From Phoronis australis (Eukaryota; Animalia; Phoronida), in contig NMRA01000013.1 in NCBI GenBank assembly GCA_002633005.1, positions 44,033 to 108,032 of the forward strand: 64,000 nt of DNA, in the 5' to 3' direction. Of this stretch, positions 63,490 through 64,000 are shown in pieces. The position numbers and the translations under genes are program-made. A model generated the notes under the pieces. The model was given only the letters and a program-made list of their open reading frames with translations. It ran no database searches and was not told where the DNA came from. Position 1 is the stretch's first letter. Every line of letters begins with the position of its first letter.

Positions 63490-64000
63490 CTGAAAATGTT
63501 GTAGGAAAGACACCAATAAGACAAAGAGCCATAAATACATTCTGTGTGGTGCGTATGGTGTCCTCAGCTACTGAGAGTCTGGTGGAGTGGTGGTGAGTTG
63601 ACTTGAGTAGAATAGAGTGGTCCTGTGATGACCAGGAAAGGTGTCTGTTGATGCAAGGAGATTAAAAGATGTAGAGAGACAAAACTTATATCAAGTCATT
63701 TATCAAGAGCATTAGAGCTGAAAAAACACTGTTCACAATTGGAGATTATCGAACATTTTGCCATTCACTTAATGCTAAAAATTATAAATCACAGAACTTC
63801 TGGAAACTCAGTAAAATATTTCCACAATGTCGCTGGGCCTACAAGCCCTTCTAATGGGGGTTGATGACTGATGGCTCTTGTGATAATTGCGTTGCCCTCA
63901 ACTGATGTTCTTTGATAACAACATGTCCAGGGCGCTGCAAGTCAAAGAACACTGAAACAGGATGACGGATTTTTCGCAGGAACCAGTCAGTCAACAATCC

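Noticed and set aside
63800-64000. Open - strand frame as a possible further DCAF17 exon
   Set aside because: It does not resemble the expected upstream DCAF17 sequence and runs into a stop.

Overview
AT-rich eukaryotic genomic DNA with spliced genes and many transposons. It looks like a marine-invertebrate draft assembly (inference), with one 687-N gap and two single-N joins flanked by overlap duplications. Four gene pieces were reconstructed by manual splicing: (1) the last exon of an SLC38A7/8-like amino-acid transporter (+, 3740-3894); (2) a second, divergent SLC38A7/8-like gene (+, 17001-24049) whose later exons I could not find; (3) an 8-exon, ~316-aa type-I membrane protein with a SEA domain and an acidic, repetitive tail (+, 38629-52500); (4) the last 8 coding exons of DCAF17 (-, 55184-63489). 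The rest is nested mobile DNA: decayed ISL2EU-like elements (AT duplications, THAP plus SAP/SWIM/YqaJ remnants), a TTAA-flanked Kolobok-like insertion, MITEs with 5-bp duplications, LINE remnants, three copies of a terminal-hairpin element carrying a tRNA-like cassette, and a ~2.9-kb GC-rich 56-bp satellite of hairpin-forming monomers. Almost all ORFs in the supplied track are spurious. Homology calls come from recalled protein motifs, not database searches.
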